Below, piece after piece: positions 12,631-24,187 of a DNA stretch of 64,000 nucleotides. Both the position numbers and the translations under genes were made by a program. The DNA is from Octopus bimaculoides (lineage: Eukaryota): the NCBI RefSeq assembly GCF_001194135.2, contig NC_068992.1:58013249-58077248 (forward strand). The letters are read 5' to 3'. How positions within the stretch are numbered: position 1 is the stretch's first letter; every line of letters begins with the position of its first letter. Below the pieces are notes generated by a model, which saw only the letters and a list, made by a program, of their open reading frames with translations, was not told the origin of the DNA and ran no database searches.

Positions 12631-12660
<30 letters not shown>
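11790..12660 (+). mobile_element. RTE LINE 3' end, interrupted in the UTR by a duplicated segment
   Basis: Translates GSCGSGRPRKTRDGVLKADLKMLSLMKEMTEDRDMWCIAVLKKTWPPQQN*, a typical RTE ORF2 C-terminus; UTR to 12148, resumes ~12560 to a (GAT)n tail. Confidence 0.85.
12149..12545 (+). repeat. Near-identical direct copy of 9245-9641
   Basis: Identity runs from ccttgtccttgctggttcc to gaaaatagtaaggatcaatgcta, past the SINE boundary. Confidence 0.92.
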
Positions 12661-12662
<2 letters not shown>

Positions 12663-13260
12663 GGCTTCTTTGAGTTTCCTTCTAAGAAATTTATTCGCAA
12701 ATCTTTAGTCAGCTTGGTGCTTTAGTAGAAGAGTTTTGCCCAAGGTACCACACAGTGGAACTGAACCCAGCACCATGTGGTTGGGAAGGAAACTTCTTAC
12801 CACACAGTTATGCCTCTGCCTGTGACATTGGTTCAAAATTAGAATTGTGGCGGGACTAAGGTGGTGACGATGGTGGTGGGTGTGATGGAGGTGGTAGTGA
12901 TGGTAGGCAGGTAAGACTGTCTTGAATAAAACAGAGGATAAGAGAGAGAGGGGGGAGGAAGATCAGGGGTAAAAGAGGGAGGGAGGGAGGGAAAGAGTGA
13001 GAGTAAAAGGAAGAGAAGTACAAATAATGAGAAAGAAAGAAAGAAAGAAAGAGAGAAAGAAAGAGAAGAAAAGAGACAGACAGACAAAATGAAGAACTGA
13101 TAATAAATATGGGTTTGAAGATGTATGTATGTACTAGGATAAATATATATATACATATTAGTATAAATATATATACATACATATATGTGTGTGTGTGATT
13201 GTCTGTGTGTATACAAACAGAAACACACACATGTATATATGTACATAGATATGTGGATGC

Positions 13261-13298
<38 letters not shown>

Positions 13299-13345
13299 GT
13301 AGTTCATATATCATGTTTCTTTTCCGGATATGTGAACTACTGGCA

Positions 13346-13377
<32 letters not shown>

Positions 13378-13455
13378 GTATGTATGTGTATATATCTATC
13401 AATATATATATGTATACACACACACAGTTATATACATAACAAGGGAGAGAAAAGG

Positions 13456-13536
<81 letters not shown>

Positions 13537-13541
<5 letters not shown>

Positions 13542-13912
13542 CCCTGGACTGGTTCTTGTGCGGGTGGCACATGAGATGCACCATTTTGAGCGTGGCCGTT
13601 GCCAGTACCGCCTGACTGGCTCCTGTAGGATTTTCGAGCGAGATCGTTGCCAGTGCCCCTGGACTGGCTTGTGCGGGTGGCACATAAAAGACACCATTTC
13701 GAGCGTGGCCGTTTTCGTGCGGGTGACACGTAAAAGCACCCACTACACTCTCTGAGTGGTTGGCGTTAGGAAGGGCATCCAGCTGTAGAAACTCTGCCAA
13801 ATCAGACTGGAGCCTGGTGTTGCCATCCGGTTTCACCAGTCCTCAGTCAAATCGTCCAACCCATGCTAGCATGGAAAGCGGACGTTAAACGATGATGATG
13901 ATGATGATGATG
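13537..13912 (+). mobile_element. Young RTE 3' UTR copy with internal tandem units
   Basis: Three gtgcgggtg(g/a)cac units, then gtaaaagcacccactacactc...gcggacgttaaacgatgatg; CpGs retained. Confidence 0.9.
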
Positions 13913-14257
13913 ATAAGAAGACTACAACAAACAAAAGGAGACAAAAACAAAAATCCTTAAACAACAACAACAACAATGTCAAAAACAATGATTTTTATTT
14001 GTGTTGAGGTAGAGTTCCTCGATGGAGCAAAAACAGTTTCCTGTCCTGTGATACGGCCGGTTCGATTATTGTTTGGTCGTGTGGTCGGTAGTAATCAATA
14101 GTGTACAATATCGCTGATTAGTGAGCACTGAATGAAGAAAAGGAAGTAAACTGTATGATGTGACTGAATGATTCTTTACTGGTTGGTACTGTGTAAATAG
14201 TAGAAACGATGTAAATATTGAGAGTATGAGCTTACATCTTTTTCTATGCAATGTTTG

Positions 14258-14288
<31 letters not shown>

Positions 14289-14387
14289 CAGCGGTGGTTA
14301 TTTTTTTCCCTTGCCATTCCGATCTCGTACGCTATGAGAAGCTGTTAAGGTAACACTGCTGTTAAAGTGACAATATTATTCCCTTGT

Positions 14388-14530
14388 ACATTTCAAATTC
14401 CGTCGAGGTCGACTTTGCCTTTCATCCTTTCGGGGTCGATAAATTAAGTACCAGTTGCATACTGGGGTCGATCTAATCGACTGGCTCCTTGCCCCAAAAT
14501 TTCGGGCCTTGTGCCTTAGGGTAGAAAAGA
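14388..14530 (+). mobile_element. tRNA-derived SINE, family C
   Basis: ttcaaattccgtcgaggtcgactttgcctttcatcctttcggggtcgataaattaagtaccagtt; matches 50550-50779. Confidence 0.9.
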
Positions 14531-15117
14531 AAATTACCTTGTACGTGCGTACGTATGTTTGTATGCATGCATGCATGCATGTATATACGTATCTATGAGC
14601 GTGTATGTATGTGTATGCAGGTATATCTATGTATATGTGTCTGTATATATGTGTATGTGTATGTATGTATGTATATATGTATGTATATGTATGCATGTGT
14701 GTATGTAGTGCGCATGTATGTGTGTATGTATGTATGGAGATAGGTATGTACGTACGTCCGTATGTATGTTTGTATGTATCATTTTTACTCTTTTTGAGTT
14801 AATTTTAACTGGTGTTGCCAGTTTGGCAGCAAAGTTGATAAAGCATCTTATTTTATTCATAATCCTTTAGATCTGAAGGTCTTGCAAATTATTACTGTCC
14901 CAGATATCATGATCATTTATAACCAATGAATTAAGGAATTACACTATCTCCCCAAGAACCCAAGTTCTGCCATACTTTACATTCTTCGCATTCAAACAAC
15001 TTTTCACGGTAGTATTTCTAATACATTTTCTTCACAGCATCTATGATATCATGTGCTCTGCTGTTATTCCATATCTAACTTTCCTAAATGATATTTTGAT
15101 TTACACTGGCACATAGG

Positions 15118-15310
15118 AAGCCAAGTTGGCAGAAGTGTTAGCACACCAGGTAAAATACAGAACAACATTTCTTCCAGCTTTACATCCTGAGTTCAAATTC
15201 TGCCAAAGTCACCTTTAACTTTAATTGTTTCAGGGTCGATAAAATAAGTTACCAGTTGAGCACTGGGGTTGAGTAAATAAATTAATGTTCACCTGCAGAA
15301 TTTGAGGCTT
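15118..15310 (+). mobile_element. Family C SINE (diverged)
   Basis: gttggcagaagtgttagcac head, gagttcaaattc B box, gggtcgataaaataag. Confidence 0.8.
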
Positions 15311-15635
15311 TGTCTTCAGTCAAATGGATAACCACAGGCACACAGATTAGCAATCAGGAATACCTCACTCTTCAATCCTCTTGTCAAGGAAAATCAGCAA
15401 GCTTCATACTTACTTTGTTTCCTCATGCTTATAACTGTTTTTAATCTGATTTTGTTTTTTGCTGCCCCCTTGCTTCCAGTCATTTCAGGTCTGTCTCTTA
15501 TCTTTTATAGCTTTATCTAGTATACCATTTAACCATTCTGTAGCTCTATCTATACCATTTTATTTCTATAGCTCTATCTAGTGCATCTTCTACCATTCTA
15601 TAGCTCTGTCTAATCAACCATTCTCTATCTATCTA

Positions 15636-15940
15636 TGCACCCTTTCAAAGCCTACCCAGGCTCATGGGCCCGGTTTCCCGGTTTCTATGGCGTATGTGTT
15701 CCTCCCCGGCTGGACGGGATGCCAGTCCATCGCAGCTTTACTCAAGAAACAGGAAGAAAGAGTGAGAGAAAGTTGGGGCAAAAGAGTACAACAGGAGTCG
15801 CCACCACCCCCTGCCAGAGCCTTGTGGAGCTTTAGGTGTTTTCGCTCAATAAACACACACAACACCTGGTCTGGGAATCGAAACCACGATCCTCCAACCG
15901 CGAGTCCACTGCCCTAACCACTGGGCTATTGCGCCTCCAC
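15636..15940 (-). mobile_element. tRNA-derived SINE, head H1 + tail T1 (Deu/Nin-like domain)
   Basis: A box tagcccagtgg, B box gtttcgattccc; tail gctgcgatggactggcatcccgtccag...gaaaccggg resembles the conserved Deu/Nin SINE domain (recalled, not aligned). Confidence 0.85.
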
Positions 15941-16439
15941 CCAAGTCAACCATTCTACCATTCTATAACTCTATCAATTGTACCATTCCACAATTCTGTA
16001 TCTCTATCAAGTGTACCATTCTACCGCTCTATTTAGTGCACCATTCTCAGTGCTATACTGTTTGTTATTGCTGTTGAAATTATTACTAAGGAATTTAAAA
16101 CCGGTTGCATATGAGAGTTCCTGTATGCCTAATTCTTATAGCTGAATCTCTTGAAGAATAGAAGAAATTCCAGATGTGGAATCAAAACCTAGAATCAAGA
16201 AGTCTTAATGTAAACCTAACAAAGCCAAATTCTTCATTTGCAAAACATTCTGCAGGACTTTACTGCCCTTTGGAATGTGGTTATTCATGATTTGCAGTAA
16301 AGGAGGAGGCATATAATCTATATGCTGTACCTAATGTAAGGTATAGTGTGGTTACAATCTGATATAGAAGTAAGACTTTGTTTGTAACAGATACACTGGA
16401 ACAGGCATACATAAAATTATATATATAAATCCCTAAAAA

Positions 16440-16590
16440 GCGAAGAACAAACACAAGGAAAAGACAACAATGACGTGGTACATGAAATTAGCAGACGCTC
16501 AAGGAAGGAAAGAAAGGTGCTTTTATGTTTCGAGCAAAGCTCTTCGTCAGAAACAGGAGATGGAGGAAAAAGATCGCCAACGATTCACAT
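16440..16590 (-). mobile_element. Penelope-like terminal remnant with degenerate hammerhead core (16520-16554)
   Basis: Minus strand uuu-CUGACGA-a GAGC uuu GCUC-GAAACAUA-aaa: 4-bp stem II, weak stems I and III. Confidence 0.55.
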
Positions 16591-17433
16591 GTAGTTACAT
16601 TTTATGTATGTAGGTAGGTAAGTAGGTAGTTAGGTAAAATTATTTTCAACATATTCAAAAGTACTCTGTACATAAAAAGAAAAAACAAAACAGAAATAAA
16701 TTTTAGTAGCAATATTATTTCAAGCAAAATACTACCAGTATGGAGTACACCAATATAACATGTTTATGCTTTGCTTGTATGAATAAAAAACAATTTATAT
16801 ACCAGAATTACAGATCAAAGAAAGGTCGATTCATTTATAATAGGTTAATATCACACAAAATTTTATTTGACTAGCATTGATAGTTTTCCACATAAACAAG
16901 ATTAATCTTGTTATTGAATTCTCATATATACTTCAATAAAATATTAAGCACACGCACACACATACATACATATTCATATACTATTTATCTAAATAATTTT
17001 TATTTTTAATTAAACAATTTTTATCAACACACACACACAAACATACACACATACATGCATATATATATATATATATATANNNNNNNNNNNNNNNNNNNNN
17101 NNNNNNNNNNNNNNNNNNNNNNNNNNNNNNNNNNNNNNNNNNNNNNNNNNNNNNNNNNNNNNNNNNNNNNNNNNNNNNNNNNNNNNNNNNNNNNNNNNNN
17201 NNNNNNNNNNNNNNNNNNNNNNNNNNNNNNNNNNNNNNNNNNNNNNNNNNNNNNNNNNNNNNNNNNNNNNNNNNNNNNNNNAAGAAAATAATATATAAAA
17301 AAAATAATATATAAAAAAATAACTATACCAATACATTATATTGTCTTTGAGCTTTTGAAGTTCAATGGTAGTTCATGTATATAATGGTTGGAAAAATAAG
17401 GATGCATGAGAATTGAGAGTTGTGTTAGGTTTA

Positions 17434-17644
17434 ACAAAAGGGTTAAAAGTTTGTGTTAAGCAGGAAGTGTGGTGTCAAAACAGGAAGTGTGTGTAAGGGG
17501 AGACAAATGTTTTTAGTAAACAGACATAAACTTCCTGTTGAAAAAGAGTTCATAACTCCAACTAAAAACATTTGTCTCTCCTTACATACACTTCCTGTTT
17601 TGACACCACACTTCCTGCTTAACACAAACTTTTAAACCTTTTGT
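17434..17644. repeat. Foldback / palindromic MITE-like element
   Basis: 84-bp arms 17434-17517 and 17561-17644, three mismatches, 43-nt spacer. Confidence 0.92.
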
Positions 17645-17739
17645 GTGTGTGTGTGTATGTATGTATGTATATTTGTATAAGTGTAATAGAAGGGTAGTAG
17701 TTTACATAAAAATGGATTTGTATAATAATGGGGTATATA

Positions 17740-18350
17740 CAAAAAACAGGGTAATGATTTTAAATTTGGGTACATACCTTGTATGTACGGGGGTGGGAGA
17801 ATCCTTCAGTTTTTTCTAAGTCCTGTAAAAGAACTCGGAAGGTTGGGCCTCCAACCATTCTTCTATAGCAGTGATCACTTCCGAATCGAAGAGAAATTTC
17901 ATTCCCTTGAGATGTTTCTTCAGTTATGGAAAGAGGTGATTGTTGGAAGGAGGCTGAGTCAGGAAAGTAAGAAGGATGGTCTACCAATTCGAAGGTAAAA
18001 GCATATATTTTCCATTGAGTTTCATGTGCTGTGTGTGCTTCAAAGCTACATGCAGTTCATCCAACAGAGACATGTAGCATTTTGTGTTGATGGTATGACC
18101 TTTTAGCTGGTATTTTGTGAGGAGTACACTGTCTTTGTCTGAGAATACTGAAGCCACAATCTCTCCAACTGACTTCTGGGTCTGAAACTTCGTGGGATGC
18201 AGTGAACTACTGTGACACAATTCCATTGATTGCTGCTTGTTTTGGGGATCATAATGAGGAAGCCACATTTCATCCATAGTGACCTCTCCCACTGCAAACC
18301 AGTCCAAAATCGCCTTTGATATTGTCGCTCTGATGCACTTCTGATTTGCA
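17740..18350 (-). pseudogene. Decayed mariner (Tc1/mariner DDD) transposase
   Basis: VTMDEMWLPHYDPQNKQQSME (first catalytic D), SVGEIVASVFSD, KGHTIN..Y..LLDEL and HPSYFPDSA (HPPYSPDLAP); frameshifted, second-D region missing. Confidence 0.9.
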
Positions 18351-18450
18351 TTCAGGCATCATATAAATAAAAAAAACTTTACAAAAAACTTTACAAAAAT
18401 TCCAATATTCATGTCAACATATACTATTTTCAGTGACATCTAGAAAAATC

Positions 18451-18524
18451 TATTTCACGAGCAGGCTGTTCCATTGATAGGATCAACTGGAACCCTCGAC
18501 GTCGTAAGCAATGGAGTGCCAACA
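18451..18524 (+). mobile_element. SINE tail T2, 3'-terminal fragment
   Basis: atttcacgagcaggctgttcc...ctcgacgtcgtaagcaatggagtgccaacaa matches 42092-42168. Confidence 0.85.
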
Positions 18525-18669
18525 AGTTACTACTTTTACTGGGTCCTGATCAACCCATTGTTTTTCTTTATCCCTTTTTCTATCTTTCTGAAAATATGAG
18601 AAAGAAAACTTAGAATGCACAGAGCTGAAAGAGATACCTGTAACACTCTAAGTTTCAACCAATGCACTA

Positions 18670-19275
18670 CACTGTCATCATCATTCCTCATTTTAAATCT
18701 GGGTTTTGTCCCTGTTAATGGGGGTGGCTGTATATACCNNNNNNNNNNNNNNNNNNNNNNNNNNNNNNNNNNNNNNNNNNATTGCCCTCACACCATCTTG
18801 CCCGGTTTTGGGCGTCCTCCCTTCTCAAGCCAACCCTCCCAATCTCGCCCTCCACCTGTCCCCTCCACATTTTCCTCAATCTACCTCGCTTTTGCGGTCC
18901 ATTTACCTCAAACTCTAGAATCCTCATCAGAACATGCTCCTCATCCCTCCTCAACGCATACCCATACCACCACACTCCATTCACCCTTGCCAGCCGTTCC
19001 ACTGATTCCTCCAACCCCAGCATCCCCATCAAGTCCTCAGTCCTCCCCTTATCAAACAGCCTCACGCCACACATTTCTCTCTCAGTCCTTCTCAAAATTG
19101 CCATCTCCCTCTCCCTCAAACACCATGTCCCACTCCCATACAGCATTGCAGCTCTCACACAACTCCAATAGACCTTTCCTTTCATTTTCAATGAGAACTT
19201 TTTCTCATATAACAACACTCCACACTCCTTGAACTTCACCCAGCCATGTCTCACTTTTGCCGTCACAGCTGCTTT
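18670..19275 (-). mobile_element. RTE-clade LINE, 5'-truncated (post-RT C-terminal region and tail)
   Basis: GWVKFKECGVLL..KMKGKVYWSCVRAAMLYGSGTW..RRTEREMCGV..WYGYALRRDEEHVL..KRGRLRKMW..AQNRARW; gatgatgac tail beyond the gap. Confidence 0.93.
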
Positions 19276-19414
19276 ACATCCAGAAAAAAGAGCCAAGTTG
19301 ACTTGGACAGGATTTGAACTCACAATGCCGAAAGCTGGAACAAACATTGCTAGGCATTCTGTCAAATGTTTTTAACACTAGTTATTTGAAGAGTTATATG
19401 ACAAAATTTTACAT

Positions 19415-19806
19415 ACTAAAGTGGCTATGTGATAAGAAGGTTGCTATTCAACCATGTGGTTCTGGGTTCAGTCCCACCGTGCAGCACCTGGGGCAAGTGT
19501 CTTGAACTATAGCACTGGGCTGACCAAAGCCTTGCAAGTGGATTTGGTAGATGGAAACTGAAATAAGCCTGCTGTGTATTTGTCTACCTTTGTAACTGTT
19601 TGTCTCCCACCACCGTTTGACAACCGATGTTTGTGTGCTTACCTGCCTTGGATCTAGCAGTTCAGCAAAAGACACCGATGGAATTAGTACCAGGCTTAAG
19701 AAAAAAAAAAGTACTACGGTTGCTTCGTTCGATTAAAATACTTCAAGGCAGTGCTCCAGCATGGCTGTAGTCTAATGACTGAAACAAGCAAAAGATAAAA
19801 GTTAAA
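19415..19806 (+). mobile_element. Family A SINE
   Basis: Full head-to-tail colinearity with 54338-54737. Confidence 0.9.
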
Positions 19807-21369
19807 GATTATCGAAATAATTTCTCTACGTTAAAAACAACAAACAGTCATTTTTTTCCCCATTTGGTATTGTAATGTGGTTATGATGTTTGCTTCACAA
19901 TCTTGTGTGTTTAGGATCGATCCCAATGACATCTTGGGTGAACTTTTTTTTTTCTCCTTTCAGTTTTAACTAATAATGACCACGGCTTGCTTTTATCTAA
20001 TTGGTCATAATGCTATTTATCGAATTGATCAATACCATGTGAATGCTATTTGGTAGACAGAAGTTCTGCAGAAGCGCATCACGTGTGTGTGTTATACAGT
20101 ATATGTGTGTGTTATACAATGTTAATATTTACCCTGGTGTCAAAAGCTAGTATTTCTGGTAATCCCTTAATATCTCGTAACTTTAAGGTTCAACAAATGG
20201 TGATCGATAAATAAGTACTGAGCTCAATATGATTAGACGAAACTCTTAAAAGCAATGTCCAGCAAGTATGGCCACGGACTGTCTTGAGACATAAACCAGA
20301 AAACAGCGTGACGGAAGATTCGGCAGATTTTTGATACCCAAGAGGTATAACCAGGCTGCTGTTTTGCTTAGCACCAGGTCAGATTTGATCTAACAGATCT
20401 GTCCTCAAAGACGATTCATCCATGACTTTCTGTCTGATTATTTTGACATTTTTTTCTTCGAATAGTAGTGTGATGTGAGGGAAATTTGAGTACTACTTCT
20501 AGTTAAGTCGAACGACTAGCTAGAAATAGTATTCAAATCCGTTGTTGCTTAGTTTCAGTTCAGTCCTGATTGAGCAGATTTATCATCAAAGCCATCGTTT
20601 CAACAATGACCATGTCGCCCTTTTCTGTATAATAAGGACTAAATTATCCAATGTGTCCATCTTATGTCGTATAATAAATCTTGAAGGCCCCTTGTTAAAA
20701 AATTACACAAGAAAATCTCACAAAAACTGAAAGTAAACTGACTTTTAATTATTTTGAATCCTTAAGCTGTAGTTGTTTGTGTCTTAAATCCTGTACTAAT
20801 AGAACATCTTTTAAGATAGAAATGTGATTTTAGGAAGACTTGACTGTCATTTCTAGTTGGTCGAACGGCCGTATAGAAGCGCCCTTATCAACTACTGCTA
20901 TTAAGTAGTAACAGGTGCTAATAGTGCAAAAACACAACAAAAACTGTATTATTTTTATTGACGGGTAATAACGATAATGATATTAATAACGATAACGTGG
21001 AAAATATGTAAACAGATATTTTACAGCTATTGTAAATGCCGGTAGCTTGGGTGCAGTTACGAAAAAAAAAATGCCAAAACAAAATCCGAAATTCTAAAAC
21101 TAGTGTCGACGGGTGTAAACCATTTGTTGTCATTCACTAACTTTTACTACTTCAAGCCTTTCGTGCTGCTACTACACAGAAATTCTAGTTAAATATATAT
21201 ATCGATGGTCGAATATGTATGTACACAGCAAACTCCGGTCCAAAACAGGAAGCACTACAGATAAATGATAAACTACATTCACCCAATCTACAAACAAGTG
21301 ACTACTAATATCAGTTAGACCGAGTTGTTTTCTGGTTTGTGGCATGTTTTACAGACATAAAATAACACA

Positions 21370-21865
21370 CTTGAGAATTTTTGTAGACATTCGGATGGGA
21401 TTCCACATGTGTGGAATAAATATTACTTTAGGAGCCGGCGATGACAAAGACTAATTAAGCGTGCTTAATTACTATGTTATAATGGGGCTAATGCAGTGCA
21501 TTTTTCAAGGTGAGGTGCGAATCTGCATTAGCCCCGTTAAACAATAAAATACCATACTTTAGAATACTTGCAGATATTCTAGGATTCTACGTGTGTAGTG
21601 TAAATAATAGTTTAGGAGCCGATGACAGAACCGGTGATAACTAAAACTAATTAAACGTGCTCTCCTATACCATCTTTGGCCTAAACAACCACATCAGGCA
21701 CCGGCACCCTTCGAACGCACCAAGAGAAAGAAGCTCAATCACTCGCTACAGATTGACTACTCGGATACGAGTTTATTCCGACCACGTCTGTTTTATGGTA
21801 TAGTTTATAAACAATAAAATACTATAATTTAGAATATTTGTAGACATTTAAGGATTCCAGCATGT
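21370..21865 (+). repeat. Degenerate tandem repeat, three partial copies
   Basis: (tt)agaat.tttg.aga.att...ggattc at ~21372, 21560 and 21830; taggagcc..gatgaca..actaatta..cgtgct at ~21429 and 21614. Confidence 0.6.
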
Positions 21866-22978
21866 CGTTTATATGTGGGCCGAAGGGCCCCACACAGATC
21901 ATGCTAATGTACATATTCGACAATTTCACCCAAATTTAAAATATTTCTTCGGATTAATAACTGGCGGTTGACAAAACATTATATTGGTTTCCACCCATCA
22001 ATCAATTTCATTCTTGTGCGAAAAAAAAACAAAAAAAAAAACGATGTTTGTATTTAAGTAGTTACCGCCCTTTACTTTCTGAGTTCAAATCCCGTTGAGG
22101 TCAGTTTTTGTCTTTCATCCTTCTGGGGGTCGATAAAAGAAAGTAGCAGTTACCAATATCAGTGTACGCTTGTGCGTGTGTACACAGGTTTTTGCAACAT
22201 TGAAAGATTAAATAAACTGTACTCAAACAAGGTTTTCAAAATGAAATCATTTTTTTCTTTTAATTGAAGAAATTTGAGCAATGGTTGCTCGAATAGATGA
22301 GCACGTACTTATCAAAGAAAGACAAAATTTGCACTCAATGCAAATTTCCAAGCATATTTTAGGCCTTGTGTCGGTATTAGAAATAGTACTAATATACATA
22401 TATAGTTCAGCAAACCGGGAAAAATTGCTTAGCAGTATTTCTTATGGATTTGCGATCAAATGCCGCCGAGGTCCACTTTACCTTTCGCCCTTTCGGGCTT
22501 GATAAAAAAAATGTACCAGTTGAGCATTAAGGTGTCTATATAATTAATTTCTCGCTCTGAACATTGCTGCCCCAAATTAGAAACAATATTAATATATAGT
22601 TTGACAGAATCATAAGTTACGGCCCTTTATATTCTGGGTTCAAATCCCGCCGACCCAAGTCAATTTTCCGGGATCGGTAAAATAAGGGTCCAGTTAAAAA
22701 GCCTAGTCGATTGATATAATGTATTCTAAATGTGAATGAAACTGTAATAGAAGTCTATACTCCTCCCACTAAAATTATGTGTGTGTGTGTGTGTGAGAGA
22801 GAGAGAGCGAGAGACTCATGGGGCTCAGGAACGAGAAATTCCGAATAAGAGTTCATTCATACCAAGTTTTATATATNNNNNNNNNNNNNNNNNNNNNNNN
22901 NNNNNNNNNNNNNNNNNNNNNNNNNNNNNNNNNNNNNNNNNNNNNNNNNNNNNNNNNNNNNNNNNNNNNNNNNNNNNN

Positions 22979-23009
<31 letters not shown>

Positions 23010-23967
23010 CATACACTCACACAAATGCAAACACACACATATATATATATATATAAATATATATATATATATGTGTGTGTGCAGTACTATTTCCAAATCC
23101 GATTTTCCCTTCACACTTCATTAGTTAGTAGTATTCATTACATTTTTTTTATTACTATCACTACTACTTCTGCCGCTGCATAGTAACAGTTGTAGCAACA
23201 GAGTACTACTACTGCTTCAGTATCAACATTAGTAGTAGTCGTAGCAGCAGCAGTAGTAGTAGCGCTAGTATTAGCACCAGTAGAGCTGCTACTAACCATT
23301 AACTGCAATCCTATCATTACATCTCCTATAGAGCAAAAGGCTTACCTAATCAGTGGAGGAGAGTCGGTTGGTGGAGCAAGGCAATACAAAAAAAAAAAAA
23401 GCAGGCAGTGCTTTCGGCTGGTACAGCTTCTTCTAAACATTAGTTTAAACCACCATAATATTCAACACAAGCATTAATTAATATACGTATATTCTGTTAT
23501 TTATTTATTACTATGGAGTAGAAAAAACAAATACAAAAAGACTTTTAAAAACTTCCAGGTAAGCAAGCGTCCATCAATTCTTCAGTTTATTTAATTATTC
23601 CGAGGCTAAACTTTTTTTTCTTATTCCATTTTGCTACCCACGAGTGTAGTTCCTGCCATTGTTTATTATACTTAAATGAATAATAAATAAATAAGTGATT
23701 GTTATCTTGTACGTGTACTCGGCTAGTGATGACTATTGTTTGTAAACGGTTATCAGGTGGATGGTGATATCATAGAGAAACCGTATAGCCAAGCTTTTAA
23801 CTCGCGATGTATATATATATATATACATCCGTTTAGTTTTAGCTGTTTGGAATATAGAGTGCTCAATACCGTAAGTTGTGTGCGTATGTATGTATGTATG
23901 TATATAAAGTGTGTTGCGAGGAAAAGGTTGGCTGTAACTTCGAAGTTTCGACTGCGTTGCCTTTGTA

Positions 23968-24016
23968 TGATAGTCTGACGAAAGGCAACTGAACCGAAAC
24001 TTCGAAGTCACTATCA
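23968..24016 (+). ncRNA. Minimal type I hammerhead ribozyme motif
   Basis: UGAUAGU-CUGACGA-aaGGcaacugaaCC-GAAACUUCGAAGUC-ACUAUCA: perfect 7-bp stem I, perfect palindromic stem III ACUUCGAAGU, GUC site at 24009. Confidence 0.8.
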
Positions 24017-24070
24017 ACCTTTTGTTGGTGCTCTATTGAAATGCATCGAAGGATCCTTCACTTAATGTTT

Positions 24071-24187
<117 letters not shown>

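Noticed and set aside
13399-13836. 145-aa and related ORFs ([27 protein letters not shown]...)
   Set aside because: Antisense reading of the RTE 3' UTR plus (TA)n; it recurs wherever the repeat does.
15860-15940. tRNA-like sequences with A and B boxes
   Set aside because: They are SINE heads with no cloverleaf 3' arm, and they continue into SINE bodies.
17443-17635. Near-identical 60-aa ORFs on both strands
   Set aside because: A consequence of the DNA palindrome, not coding.
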